A stretch of DNA of 64,000 bases, taken from positions 10,974,001-11,038,000 of the forward strand of contig JBHGNT010000009.1 in assembly GCA_043228905.1 (NCBI GenBank). The letters are read 5' to 3'. The position numbers were made by a program, and so were the translations under genes. Under the pieces are notes generated by a model. That model was not told the DNA's origin, made no database searches, and was given only the letters and a program-made list of their open reading frames with translations. Below, piece by piece: positions 11,501-24,159 of the stretch. The stretch's first letter is position 1. Each line of letters starts with the position of its first letter. This DNA comes from Azolla caroliniana. Its lineage: Eukaryota; Plantae; Polypodiophyta.

Positions 11501-14020
11501 TCGAATTCCCTCCTTCTGTAGATAACTCGAGAACTAGTCGGAGAAGTACTCCTTCCCGCCATCGGACCTTAGGCACTTGATCTTTCGCCCAGTTTCCCTT
11601 TCCGCAAGGCTCTTCACCTTTAGCAAACACGCAAACACTTCGCTCTTTTTCGCGATCAAGTACGCCCAAGTGTGCCGAGTGAAGTCATCGGTGAAGGTTA
11701 TGAAGTAACGACTTCCCTTTATGCTCACATTCTGTGCCAGTCCCCATACATCCGAAAGGATCACATCGAGCGGATTTCGACTCCGATTATGCTCATTGGG
11801 GAATGGAAGTTTGTGTTGCTTCCCAAGCTGGCAAGCTTCGCAGACTTGGTCATTCCGGTCACTAAATTTCGGGAATCCGAAAACAAAGTTCTTCTTCCGC
11901 ATTTCACGAAACCACGGGAAGTTAAGATGGCTGAACCGCTTGTGCCATAGGTCGATGTCTGACTCGACCTTTTGTCCTTTCGCGAACAATGCAGTTCCGA
12001 CTCATTGGCGTTGAGGATGAACATCCTCCCTTCTCGACGCCCTTGCGCAATGACTTTGCCCTCTTCTTCAATGTAGCAACTGAGATGCGTGAATTGAATT
12101 TGCATCCCCTAGCCGACGATCTATCCGACCGACACCAAGTTCTTGGTTATTGTCGTGACGTGTAGCACATTCATGAGTTTCCCTTTCTGCCCGACATGAC
12201 TGAGGGGAACTTCTCCAACATCTTCGATGGTATGCGGAGTGTCGTCTCCAGTTTCGACCACTCCTTGTTTTTCCGGTTTCTCCAAGTACGAGAACCATTC
12301 CTCGTGACTTGTCATATGATTTGACCTCCAGAGTCACCATACTACACCTCGTTTGGTTTCAAGGTGTTCACCGCCATCGAATTGGCCTTGTGTTTCATTA
12401 TGAAGGTTGCGCCCAATCCATTTTCGGCTTGTTCAGAGCCCTCAACGTAGAACGATCGCTACTGATTTCCTTGATCGGTCCGCCCGGATCCGGATGTGGT
12501 TTTCTCCGAATCAACGTGTTTCTTCCAGCACTCGCTCTCCCTATGCCCTTTCTTGCCATAGTACCAGCATTGCGGGACAGGTTTTCCTTGCTGGTTTCTG
12601 ACGCCGCCTCGACTCCCCCTGCTTCTGGAAGGTTCGGAACTACTGTTGGTATTACGACCATGCCTTTCATCTTGATCCTGTCGGCTGCCTCCATTGTGCG
12701 CCGACTCGCTTCGTCCACCACGACAACGGGGCCTATCTTCCTCCGTGTACAACATCTTATTGTCGCGTGCGTACTCGTTGACACACCCGCGTTGTACTCC
12801 TCTATTAGGAGCATCAACTATAAGTTGACAAATGACGACGTATTCTCCATCGTACAGACCACAGTTTGGAAAGCTCCGAACTTCGATGCTAACCTTTTGA
12901 GGCAGTCCAGCTCCATTTTGTCCTCCTCGATGTTTACATCGACGGAGGCGAGAGAGTCGTAGATGTCCTTGATCTTGGAGGTGCAGTCAGCCACCGACAT
13001 ATCTCATTGTCAAACATTGCTCAACTCTTGCCTGAGTTGGAGCTTTCTGGGTGTGTTGCTCACTAGGGATCGGCAACGGCTCGGCTCAAGCCTAAACCGT
13101 TTGGCTTAGCCGGATTGAAAATGGCTTGGCGGCTCGGCTCGACTCGGTTTAGGCTTGAACTTGCCTTAACGGTTTGAGTTCGGCTTGGCTTGGCTTGAGC
13201 CTTGCCAAACCGGCTCAAGCCGGCTAAACCGTTTAAGCCGTTTATAAACTTTAGAGAGAGGGGGATAGAGACAACAGACAAGGGGAAAGAGAGAGAGAGA
13301 GAGAGAGAGTGAGGGAGACTAAACAGACGATGGGAGAGAGAGAGAGTGAGGGAGGGAGAACTATACAGAAGTGGAGAGAGAGAGAGGGAGGGAGACAACA
13401 TATAAGGAGAGAGAGAGAGAGAGAGAGAGAGTCGAGACCACAGACGTGAGAGAGAGTGGGAGGGAGAGCTTGTACAATGTATAGTATATAGTATATAGTA
13501 TATAGTATATAGTGGATCATCTAAGAGAGAGAGGGAGGTAGGGAGAGAGAGAGAGAGGGAGGGAGGTTTCTAAACCGGTTTCCAAGCCGGTTTGGAAACC
13601 TGTTTACAAGCCGTTTACCAAACCGGTTCACCAACCGGTTTAGGCTAAACCGGTTTGTGAACCGGTTCGGCTTAGGTTTGAGATCCCGTAAACGGTTTAG
13701 GCTTAGCCGTTTTGGCTTCGATCAGGCCAAACCAGCTAAGCCTAAACCGAACTGTTGCCGATCCCTAGTGCTCACGGCAAAAATCTTTTTGAGATTTCCC
13801 CAAGCATCCTTCGGCGTCTTCGCATCCCGAATGTAGCTCAGAAGTTAATTGCTCACATAGGATGCGAAATAGTAGAGAACTCTGCTTGCCGCCTGTTCCC
13901 AAGCCGAGAAATCTCTATGTGTCAATTCGGGTGTTGCGTCATTAGCTCCATCGAACAAAATGCGTAGTTGCTTCTGTTGAGCTTCTCCGTCGGAAGCGAG
14001 CTAGCCATTTCTCTGTCCAT
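8600..14020 (-). pseudogene. Disrupted copia gag-pol of B
   Basis: MDREMASSLPTEKL gag start; CWYYGKKGHRESEC; INT SDVWG, RSDGGKEY; RT LYVDD; RH TKHIEVHYHF; many stops; hAT insertion in gag. Confidence 0.92.
13064..13767. mobile_element. Non-autonomous hAT-type DNA transposon (MITE-like, 704 bp)
   Basis: 14-bp TIR TAGGGATCGGCAAC / GTTGCCGATCCCTA; 8-bp TSD TTGCTCAC / GTGCTCAC (7/8); many subterminal AAACCG/CGGTTT motifs; no transposase. Confidence 0.92.
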
Positions 14021-14092
14021 TCTTTTCTTCTTCTGTTCTTTCACCATGATTAGGGTTTGTCTATTTTGTCGATAGTAGAGGATATCAATCCT

Positions 14093-14107
14093 CGCGCTTT
14101 GATACCA
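14093..14107 (-). promoter_or_regulatory. Primer binding site of B (tRNA-iMet type)
   Basis: TGGTATCAAAGCG immediately after the 5' LTR. Confidence 0.85.
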
Positions 14108-14506
14108 TGAAAAAGAATACGTGCGGAAGCTTAACAGACACAACCGGGTAACAACAGACAAAAGACAAAGAAGATGAGGAAGGTTTAATGGAAAGCTTAA
14201 TCAACACAACGTACATGGGAGAGACAAAGAGAGAGCAAAACACAGAAAACTCTATACCAAAACCATACTTTAAAACTCTGTACATAGGATGTGCCCAGAG
14301 AGCACTTTTATACAAGTCCATACTAACAGAAGCACTGACACGTACTTCAATGCTCATCAATGAGCCTCTACACTAACTCCAAAAATATATTCCTTTGCGG
14401 AATATCTATCCAACGGCCTCCCGGTTTATGCACTGCTACGGCCTCTCGTTGCGCACCCAATATACGCACTGGTTTACGCACCCAATGTTGAGCTTGTATC
14501 TCAACA
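14108..14506 (-). repeat. 5' LTR of B
   Basis: TG..CA ends; repeat of 8222-8599. Confidence 0.93.
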
Positions 14507-16579
14507 TCGTACTGAGCTACTGACACTAACTCCTAGGATAACTACCTAGTAGTCTAGGTGTGTAGACCTCCAACGACCTATCGATTCGCATGTGGGTCTG
14601 ACTCTCCAATCCAATGCTCTTCTTCGGACACCAATTCGGCTATGGTTCTGGATACCGATTCAGCTTTGGCTCACTCAGCTGATCCGGATTAGGTTGAGCT
14701 TGTCCACTCAACACTCCCCCTCAAGCTCAACCATAGGTCGGATCTCAGTGTTGGACTTTGCTGATCGTTGCAATCGGCTTTTCCTAGAGTCTTCCCGCCT
14801 TGCTCACGCTCCTTGACCTGTCCGGTTCTGCTTCCCACGACCCGTCCAGTTTTGCGCACCTTGACCTTCTTGTCGGCTTGTTTGCTCCAAGGCCCATCTC
14901 AACGCCTTGGCTGCTGTGACTTCAACGCTTCTCGACCCGCCGGTTCCTCTGTGTCGATGTCGAATTCCGCTGCCTTGCAGTCTTTTTAGCCTTCTGTTGA
15001 TTCGGCTTTGTTGAGATACAAGCTCAACATTGGCGTAAACTAGTGCGTAGACTGGGTGCATAAACCGGGTGCGCAACGAGAGGCCATAACAGTGCGGAAA
15101 CCGGGAGGCCGTTGAACAGATATTCCATGAGGGAATATATTTGGGAGTTAGAGTAGGGGCTCAGTTATGAGCATTGAAGTACGTGTCAGTACTTCTGTCA
15201 ATCCATATGGACTTGTATAAAAGTGCTCCCTAAGCACATCCTACGTAAAGAGTTTACACATTATTTTGAATTTAGTTTTTCTGTGTGTTTATTCCCTCTC
15301 TGTCTTTCCCACGTATATTGTGTCTTAAGCTCTCCATTAAACCTGTTTTTCTCTGTCGGTATTCTGTGTTTCGTATAGCTTCCGCACGTTACATTTCACA
15401 TGTATCAAAGCGCGAGGGTTGAGAACCTTTGCAACTGACTTCAGCTCGAAACAACAACAAAAAAACCTAATCTCAGTGAAGAATGAAAAGGAAAAAATGG
15501 ATAGAGGTATGGCTAGTTCGCTTCCAACTAAGAAGCTTGACAGAAGTAACTATGCATCTTGGTTGTACAAGATGCACCAATACCTGCTCGGACATGGATA
15601 CTAGAGCTATGTTAATGGAGCGAATGATGCAGCACTTGAATCGACACACAGAGACTTCATGACCTGGGAACAGTTGGCGAGCAGAGTTCTCTACTACTTC
15701 ACGTCTTGTGTGAGCGAACAACTCTTGAGCTACATTCGGGATGCAAGAACGCCGAAGGATGCTTGGGGAAATCTAAAAAAGATTTTCGCCGCAAGCACCA
15801 TAGACAGGAAGCTCCAACTCCGACAAGAGTTGAGCAATGTGCGTCAACGCGACATGACGGTGGCTGACTACACCTCCAAGATAAAGGATATGTGCGATTC
15901 CCTCGCCTCCATCGATGTGAACATTGAGGAGGGCGAAATGGTGCAGATCTGCCTCAGAGGATTGGCATCGAAGTTCGGAGCATTCCAATCCGGACCTCAA
16001 CTGCAATCCGAGTTCTAAAGAGGAGGTTAGCGAGGTTGAGATGCCTCCTAATGAACGCAAAGTCGAAAATCTTGAAGAGAGTCCGATCTCATTTCGGCTA
16101 AGTGGACTGAATGAGCAAATTAGTCAGTTTGACCAGTTAGACGAAGAGCTTCACTACAGGACCTCAGTTACCCGGTCAGCTTGATTAGTCAGTTCATGGC
16201 GCGACCAACCGAGGAGCACCTTCAGTGCGCGCAACACGTACTCAGGTACGTTAGTGGCACTAAGGACCGGGGGCTACTATATCGGACTGGTACTACCGCG
16301 TAGCTAGTCAGCTATACAGATGCCGACTAGGCCGGAAACGCCGGTGATCGCCGATCCACATCCAGATTCACGTTCTCCCTTGGGAGCGCCGCGATCGCGT
16401 GGAGTAGCAAGAAGTAGCCAACAATTGCACTGTCGAGCACAGAGGCTGAGTATCGAGGAGCGGTTGTCGCAAAATGCGAAGCCATATGGTTGAAGTGGCT
16501 ACTTAAGGATCTGCAAGTGGAGGTGTCCGAGCTGACGATGATCTACTGTGATAACCTCAACAACATCCAACTTGCGAAG

Positions 16580-17046
16580 GGTTAAGAAAACGTGAAGAAG
16601 GTACTCAGGCTTTTCTTATGTGCGCGGCGGATCGTGGTGTGCTGGATCGTTTGGTGCTCAAACACAGAAGGGAAGGGGGAAGGAGACCTTACCTCTGTAG
16701 CAGCCAAAACTTCTTCTATTTCATTACACGCAGAGCTCTACTTGCTCTCGTCTATTCCTCTCTTCTACTCTCACTCTCTGAGTTCTTCCTCTCTATCCTC
16801 ACTCTCTCTCTCAGAGTTCTACTTCTTGTATATATCTTACTTACCTACTCTCTTACTTTTTACCTAAGTAATAAGTTACTTACATATGCAACTAATTAGC
16901 TGTCAGTCGCTAAATAGCTGTCAATAGCTAATTAGCTGTTAGTAGCTAATTAGATGTTTCTCCTTTATGTTCACAAGTAGCTAAATAGCTACTATAGTTT
17001 ATTTCCCAATAAGCATCACATACCATGTTGAGCTTGCTTCTCAACA
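16580..17046 (-). mobile_element. Solo LTR of a related copia subfamily inserted in the RNase H of C
   Basis: Perfect TSD CGAAG (16575-16579 / 17047-17051); minus strand begins TGTTGAGAAGCAAGCTCAACA, like family LTRs. Confidence 0.88.
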
Positions 17047-17051
17047 CGAAG

Positions 17052-17789
17052 AACCCCGTCTTCCACGCCCGGACTAAGCACATTGAGGTGCACAACCACT
17101 TTGTCCGCGAGCGTGTCCTCTCCAGTGAATTCGAACTTCACTATGTTTCGACGGATCGGCAGAACGCCGACATCTTCACCAAGCCCCTTGGTCTAGAAAA
17201 GTTACGGCAATTCTTGGGTGTGCTTGGTTTGCGGCGCCTCGACATGCCGAACTTGAGGGGGAGAAAAGTCCCGCAAGACCACAGAAAGGAGCAGGAAAGG
17301 AGCGGAAGTGACCTCGACATCAAATCGGATGACGAATTCGATTTGATGTCGGTTGAAGAAGCCGAAGGCGGATCCACGGAAGAGTCCGAAAGTGGACGAG
17401 AGGGTAACAGCCGAAAGAAAGAGCCGGAGCCAGCCAAGCATGGGGGAGATGAAGCCAACAAGGGTGAGAAAGCCAAAATTGAGGACGAATTGGAGACAAC
17501 CAATTCAGACAAAAGCGGAGATGAATCGGAGGCAGCCGATCCAGCTCCAATGTTTGATTCGGAGACACCGAATCAACTGAAGGCCAAGTGGAATAAAGGG
17601 CAGCAAAAGAGGTGCCAACATTGTGACAAAAAGGGAGCTGGAAAAGGCCGCACAAGCAGACAAGCCGACCGAAAGGGTCGAGGCACGCGGAATTGAACGG
17701 GTCGAGGAGCGCAAGCAAGGCGTGAAGTCAAGAGAAACCGGAGTGAAGGACCAGAAGAGCCTCAAGTTAAGCTTGAGGGGGAGTGTTGA
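17052..17789 (+). pseudogene. RNase H end plus charged extension of C
   Basis: NPVFHARTKHIEVH..ADIFTKPL..PNLRGR followed by an acidic/basic tail. Confidence 0.85.
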
Positions 17790-18148
17790 GATACAAGCTC
17801 AACATTGGCGTAAACTAGTGCATAGATTGGGTGCGTAAACCAGTACGTAGACTAGGTGCGTAAACCAGGTGTGCAACGAGAGGCCGTAACGGTGCAGAAA
17901 CCGATTTGGCTCCGATGTTTGATTTGGAGACACCGAATCAACCGAAGGCCAAGTGGAATAATGGGCAGCAAAAGAGGCGCCAACACTGTGACAACAAGGG
18001 AGCTGGAAAAGGCCGCACGAGCAGACAAGCCGACCGAAAGGGTCGAGGCACGCGGAATCGAACGGGTCGAGGAGCGCAAGTAAGGCGTGAAGTCAAGAGA
18101 AACCGGAGTGAAGGATCGGAAGAGCCTCAAGTTATGCTTGAGGGGGAG
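17784..18148 (+). repeat. Truncated LTR plus duplicated 3' internal segment of C
   Basis: LTR start at 17784 breaks at ~17903 and re-enters internal sequence matching ~17537-17783; second PPT before 18149. Confidence 0.88.
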
Positions 18149-19018
18149 TGTTGAGATACAAGCTCAACATTGGCGTAAACTAGTGCATAGATTGGGTGCA
18201 TAAACCAGTGCGTAGACTAGGTGCGTAAACCAGGTGCGCAACAAGAGGCCGTAACGGTGCAGAAACCGGGAGGCCGTTGAACAGATAATCCGCGAGGGAA
18301 TATATTTGGGAGTTAGTGTAGGAGCTCAGTTATGAGCATTGAAGTATGTCTCAATACTTCTGTCAGTCCGTATGGACTTGTATAAAAGTGCTCCCTAAGC
18401 ACATCCTATGTATAGAGTTTACACATTATTTTGAATTTAGTTTTTCTATGTGTTTATTCCCTCTCTGTCTCTCCCGCGTACATTGTGTCTTAAGCTCTCC
18501 ATTAAACCTGTTTTTCTCTGTCGGTATTCTGTGTTTCGTATAGCTTCCGCACATTACATTTCACAGGCTCCTTCGAAACAAACGCCTCCAATTTGTTCCA
18601 GCTCTTGTTCGAATTGGCTGTCTCCAACTTGTCCTCAATCTTCAGGGCCTTTACCACATCAAACCATGTTCGTCTTCGTCTTCGTCTTCGTCTTCCAGTC
18701 GGCTATGTCCTTCTTGACTCTACCGCCGTTGCCGCTTGTTCCGACTTTTTCGGATTTGCCGACTGACGAGAACTGCACGCTCGCTATACGCAACGCTCGG
18801 CCACAACCGAGCTTAGAATCATACACAGAAAACGGGAAATAATGAATGACACGAAGAAGAGACGAGTACGCAGGATGTTTACGTGGAAAACTCAAACTAA
18901 GGGAAAAACCACGGCAGCCCACAGGCTGCAAACTATCACTATGTTAGAATGTTTGTTCATCGGCACTGTTCTTCTCCCTTCCCATCCAGAGGGACCTGTC
19001 TCCCAACAAACTCCCCCT

Positions 19019-20322
19019 TCACTCCGGCATTGGGGTGTCTTACCAGTCCGATTCTCTTCCGGCATGCATCTAGCTTGTCGGGTATCAGCACTTTGGTCAG
19101 CATATCTGACCCGTTCTCGGCCGTGTGGATCTTCATTAGCGCGAACTCCTGGTCATCTACTCTTTCCCGGATCCAGTGATATCTTCACTAGATATGCTTC
19201 GTCCGGGAATGGTAGGCCGCATTCTTAGCAAGATGGATGACACTTTGACTGTCGCAATAGAGTCGGTATTCATCTTGCTGGATACCGAGCTCTCCGATGA
19301 AGTCCTTCATCCATAATATTTCCTTGCCGGCTTCCACAGCTGCCATGTACTCCGCCTTCGTGGTTGACAATGCAACCGTCTTCTGCAGCCTCGACTGCCA
19401 TGAAACAGCTCCCCCTGCATATGTCATTACATACCCGGATGTAGATTGACTGGTATCCACATCAATGGACAGGTCCGAATCGGTGAAACCGTCAAGTTGA
19501 GGTTTTTCGGAGCCGAATCGGAGACACATATTTGAAGTGCCCTTCAAATACCGGAGTATCCATTTGACCGCATTCTAGTGCTCCTTGCCGGGATTGCTCA
19601 TAAACCGGCTCACCATTCCGACTGCGTATCCTATATCCGGTTGGGTACAAACCATTGCGTACATTAAGCTCCCGACGGCAGAGGCATACAGAATCTTCAT
19701 CATATCCGCCTTCTCTGCTTTCGTCTTCGGGCTTTGCTTACCGGATAACCTGCAGTTTGCCGGAAGTGTCGATCCGACCGGTTTCGCATCTGACATGTTG
19801 AACCGGTGAAGCACCTTTGTCACGTACTTCTCCTGTGACAACCATAATTGCTTCACTGACCGGTTCCGGATAATATGCATCCCCAACATCTGTCTTGCCG
19901 GACCCAAGTCTTTCATTGAGAAGGTCCGGTTGAGGGCCTTCTTCAGCATCCGTATTTCGACTTGGTCCCGTCCGACGATCAACATGTCGTCCACGTACAG
20001 AAGGAGTATCAGGAAGTCGTCTCCTTCGAACTTCTTCACAAACACGCAATGATCGGCTTGCATCTTGTGGTACCCTTGATCGGTCATGAAGGAGTCAAAC
20101 TTTCGGTACCATTGTCGAGGAGCCTGCTTCAGTCCATACAGGCTCTTCTTCAACCGGCAAACCAAGTGCTCCTTCCCTTTCTCCACGAATGCTCCCGGTT
20201 GCTGCATGTAGATCTCCTCTTCGAGGTCACCGTGAAGGAATGCCGTCTTCACGTCTAGCTGCTCTACCTCGAGGTCCATGCTTGCCGCTATACTCAACAC
20301 CGTCCGGATGGAGGTCATCTTT
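19019..20322 (-). pseudogene. RT/RNase H portion of D pol
   Basis: KMTSIRTVL, LLYVDD, SWQSRLQKTVALSTT, HSRTKHI; premature stops at 19575 and 19188. Confidence 0.92.
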
Positions 20323-20340
20323 ACTACTGTTGGGAGACCA

Positions 20341-23300
20341 TGCCGGCGACGAGATGACCTGGGTGGTAGACTCCGGAGCGTCTTTCCACCTTAACCCGGA
20401 CCGGAAATGCTTCTCATCCTACTCAGCCGGTGATCACGGCTGTGTCCGGATGGGGAATGAAGGAACATGCCGAATTGTCGGCATAGGAGACGTGTGGCTG
20501 ACAACACCAACCGGATGCAAGTTGCTGTTGAAGGATGTCCGACACGTTCCGGAAGTTCGCCTGAACCTGATATCAGCCGGTCGGCTAGATGATGAAGGCT
20601 ATACGGGTAGCATCCGGAATGGTGTCATGAAGTTCAGCAAAGGGAGTCTGATTGTGGCTCGGGCCTGGAAGGTAAACACACTGTACCTGATGAATGCCCG
20701 GTTATGTCCGGAAGAAGTGAACGTGGCTTCCGACACTGCCGGTGAGCTGTGGCACAAGAGGCTATGTCACATGAGTGAGAAGGGGATGAAGAGGCTTGGA
20801 GATGACAACCTCATTCCAGTGAAGAACGTGCACTTAGAGAAGTGCACTGATTGTCTGGCCGGTAAGCAGAACCGGACCTCCTTCCGACCAAGGCCACCGA
20901 TGAGACGTAATGCACCACTGGAGTTGGTGCATACGGATGTTTGTCAAGTAGACACGAAGTCACATGCCGGAGCGCAGTACTTCGTGACGTTCATAGATGA
21001 CCACAACCGGAAGCTGTGGGCCACATCGCTGAAGACGAAGGATCAGGTGTTATCAGTCTTCAAAGAGCTCCACGCGAGAGTGGAAAGAGAAACCGGCCGG
21101 AAGCTGAAGGCGGTTCGAGCAGATAACGGAGGAGAGTACCGGGGGCAGTTCGAGGAGTACTGCCGCTCGAAGGGCATCCGGCTCGAATTTACCGTGCCGA
21201 AGACGCCGGAACTAAATGGACTGGCCGAGAGGATGAACCGGACCATAATGGAGAGGGTCCGGAGTATGCTAGCGCATGCAAAACTACCCAAGAAGTTTTG
21301 GGCTGAGGCACTGTCGACGGCAACATATGTGATAAACAGATCACCCTCAGTACCCTTGGACGGAGACACGCCACAGAGAGTATGGACCGGTAAGGAAGTG
21401 TCCTACCGGCATCTGAGGGTGTTCTGGTGTCTCACGTACGTGCATGTAGCAAAGGACCGGAGAGGAAAGTTAGATCCAAAGACCCGGCCATGCATATTCC
21501 TCGGTTACGGTGACGATGAGTTCGACTACCGAGTGTGGGACCTGGTCGACAAGAAGGTATTCCGGAGTCGAGATATTATCTTCATGGAGGACAAGACGCT
21601 CGCCGACTGGGAGTCGGAGAAGAAGATAATGAACTCTGAGTCGACCGGTAAGGATAGACTCTACAATGAGCAGACCCAACCGGCAAGAGACCGGTTAGCA
21701 CTCGAGGAACCAGCCGGTTACGGTGAGGATACCGAACCGGCAGAAGAAGAAGTAGAGGAAGCTGAGACTGGAACCGGTCAAGACCCCGAATCGGATTCTG
21801 ATGAAGAGCAAATGGAGGAACTGGTTACCGAAGCCCGAAGACGTAGATATCCTCTCAGAGAGAGAAGGGCGCCCCGGAGATTTCCGGATGCAGAGCATGT
21901 CCTGCTGACCGATGAGGGGGAGCCGGAAAGCTTCGAAGAAGCGAAGGAAGACACCCACAGCTGAAAATGGTTAAGTGCCATGCAGGATGAGATGGATTCT
22001 CTGCATGAGAACCATACGTACGAATTGGTGGAGCTGCCGAAAGGAAAGCGGGCACTCCGAAACAAGTGGGTGTTCAAGTTGAAACCGGGAGATGCCGGCA
22101 ACCCCCCGAGATACAAAGCCAGGATCGTGGTGAAGGGGTTCCAGTAGAAGAAGGGCGTGGACTTCTATGATATATTCGCCCCGGTAGTAAAGATGACCTC
22201 CATCCGGACGGTGTTGAGTATAGCAGCAAGCATAGATCTCGAGGTAGAGCAGCTGGACGTAAAGACGGCATTCCTTCACGGCGACCTCGAAGAGGAAATC
22301 TACATGCAACAACCGAAAGGATTTGTGGAGAAAGGGAAGGAGCACCTGGTATGCCGGTTGAAGAAGAGCCTGTACGGACTGAAGCAGGCTCCCCGGCAAT
22401 GGTACTGGAAGTTCGACTCCTTCATGACCGATCAAGGGTACCATAAGACGCAGGCCGATCACTGTGTGTTCGTGAAGAAGTTCGAAGGAGGGGACTTCCT
22501 GATACTTCTCCTGTACGTGGATGACATGTTGATCGTCGGACGAGACCAAGGCAAAATACGGATGCTGAAGAAGGCTCTCAACCGGACCTTCTCAATGAAA
22601 GACTTGGGTCCGGCAAGACAGATGTTGGGGATGCACATCATTCGGAACCGGTCAGTGAAGCAATTATGGCTGTCACAGGAGAAGTATGTGACAAAGGTGC
22701 TTCACCGGTTCAACATGTCAGATGCAAAACCGGTCGGATCGACACTTCCGGCAAACTGCAAGTTGTCCGGCAAGCAAAGCCTGAAGACAAAAGGAGAGAA
22801 GGCAGATATGATGAAGATTCCATATGCCTCTGCCGTCGGGAGCTTGATGTACGCAATGGTTTGTACCCGACCAGACATTGGATACGCAGTCGGAGTGGTG
22901 AGCCGGTTCATGAGTAATCCCGGCAAGGAGCATTGGAACGCGCTCAAATGGATACTCCGGTATTTGAAGGGCACTTCAAATATGTGTCTCTGATTCGGCT
23001 CCGGGAAACCTCAACTGGACGGTTTCACCGATTCGGACATGTCGGCTGATGTGGATACCAGCCGGTCTACATCCGGGTATGTGATGACATATGCAGGGGG
23101 AGCTGTTTCGTGGCAGTCGAGGCTGTAGAAGACAGTTGCATTGTCAACCACAGAGGCGGAGTACATGGCGGCTGTAGAAGCCGGTAAGGAAATATTATGG
23201 ATGAAGGACTTCATCGGAGAGCTCGGTATTCGGCAAGAGGAATACCGACTCTACTGCGACAGTCAAAGTGCCATCCACCTTGCTAAGAATGCGGCCTACC

Positions 23301-23491
23301 ATTCCCGGACGAAGCATATCCAGCGGAGGTATCACTGGATCCGGGAAAGGGTAGATGACCAGGAGTTCGCACTGGCGAAGATCCACACGGCCGAGAACGG
23401 GTCAGATATGCTGACCAAAGTGCTGACACCTGACAAGCTGGATGCATGCCGGAAGAGGATGGGGCTGGAAAGACACCCCATGCCGGAGTGA
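20341..23491 (+). pseudogene. PR-INT-RT-RH of E
   Basis: WVVDSGASFH, LWHKRLCH, HTDVC, RADNGGEY, LYVDD, ending PMPE*; in-frame stops at 21962, 22145, 22991 and 23126. Confidence 0.93.
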
Positions 23492-23593
23492 AGGGGGAGT
23501 TTGTTGGGAGACAGGTCCCTCCGGATGGGAAGGGAGAAGAACAGTGCCGACGAACAAACTCGGCCGAGGACGACAGGCCGAGGCCGAAACGGT

Positions 23594-23715
23594 ATGAACT
23601 GGATGGGGAGTACCCGACTGCGGAGAGCCGGATGGTGTAGGCCCGATATGAACCGGATGGGGAGTACCCGACTGCGGAGAGCTGGATGGTGTAGGCTCGG
23701 TATGAACCGGATGGG
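23594..23715 (+). repeat. ~54-bp tandem repeat (about 2.3 copies) in the U3 of the E LTR
   Basis: TATGAAC(T/C)GGATGGGGAGTACCCGACTGCGGAGAGC.. repeated. Confidence 0.85.
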
Positions 23716-24159
23716 AGCCCATCGAGGCTACATTTGTAAATAGCCGAAAAGTCATATTATATAAATATGACTTAGGGCAAACTTTTATGTGAGCCGTTTT
23801 TATTGTTGTTATTCTTCCTTGTTGGTGCAAGAAGATAGAGAAGAGCGCGTAACTGTACAGTGAGAGAGAGATAGAGATGAGGTCGTTGCCTTTGTTGTAA
23901 CCGCCGCCTGTGGCGAAGATCTGTGAGCACGAGGTCGTTGCCTCTGTGATCACACTGTTGTATATTCCTACATAGTGACAGTTTGCAGCCTGTGGGCTGC
24001 CGTGGTTTTTTCCCCTATTTTGTGGTTTTCCACGTAAACCTCCTGTGTACCATTTCTCCTCTTTGTGTCGCGTTACATTACCTGTTTTTCTGTGTATGAA
24101 AAGAATCTCGGTTGAGGCCGAGCGTCGGACATAAGGAACGTCGAGTTTCCATCAACTAC

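Larger units (their letters stand above)
8222..14506 (-). mobile_element. Full-length decayed copia element B
   Basis: Two LTRs, PBS and PPT; perfect 5-bp TSD TCGTA (8217-8221 / 14507-14511); inserted in the B0 LTR. Confidence 0.95.
15009..18565 (+). mobile_element. Internally deleted copia element C (B subfamily)
   Basis: LTRs 15009-15400 and 18149-18565; TSD GGCTT/GGCTC; PBS ~15401; gag 15498-15985 joined to post-INT spacer, then to RT end/RH; PR, INT and most of RT are missing. Confidence 0.9.
20328..24154 (+). mobile_element. Tnt1/Tork-like copia element E, inserted antisense into the RT of D; 5' LTR reduced to ~11 bp and gag missing
   Basis: Perfect TSD ACTAC (20323-20327 / 24155-24159); starts TGTTGGGAGAC and then runs into protease; 3' LTR 23502-24154 after PPT. 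Confidence 0.93.

Noticed and set aside
20189-20340. N-terminal part of the 591-aa ORF as real protein
   Set aside because: It is the antisense of D RT read through the insertion junction.
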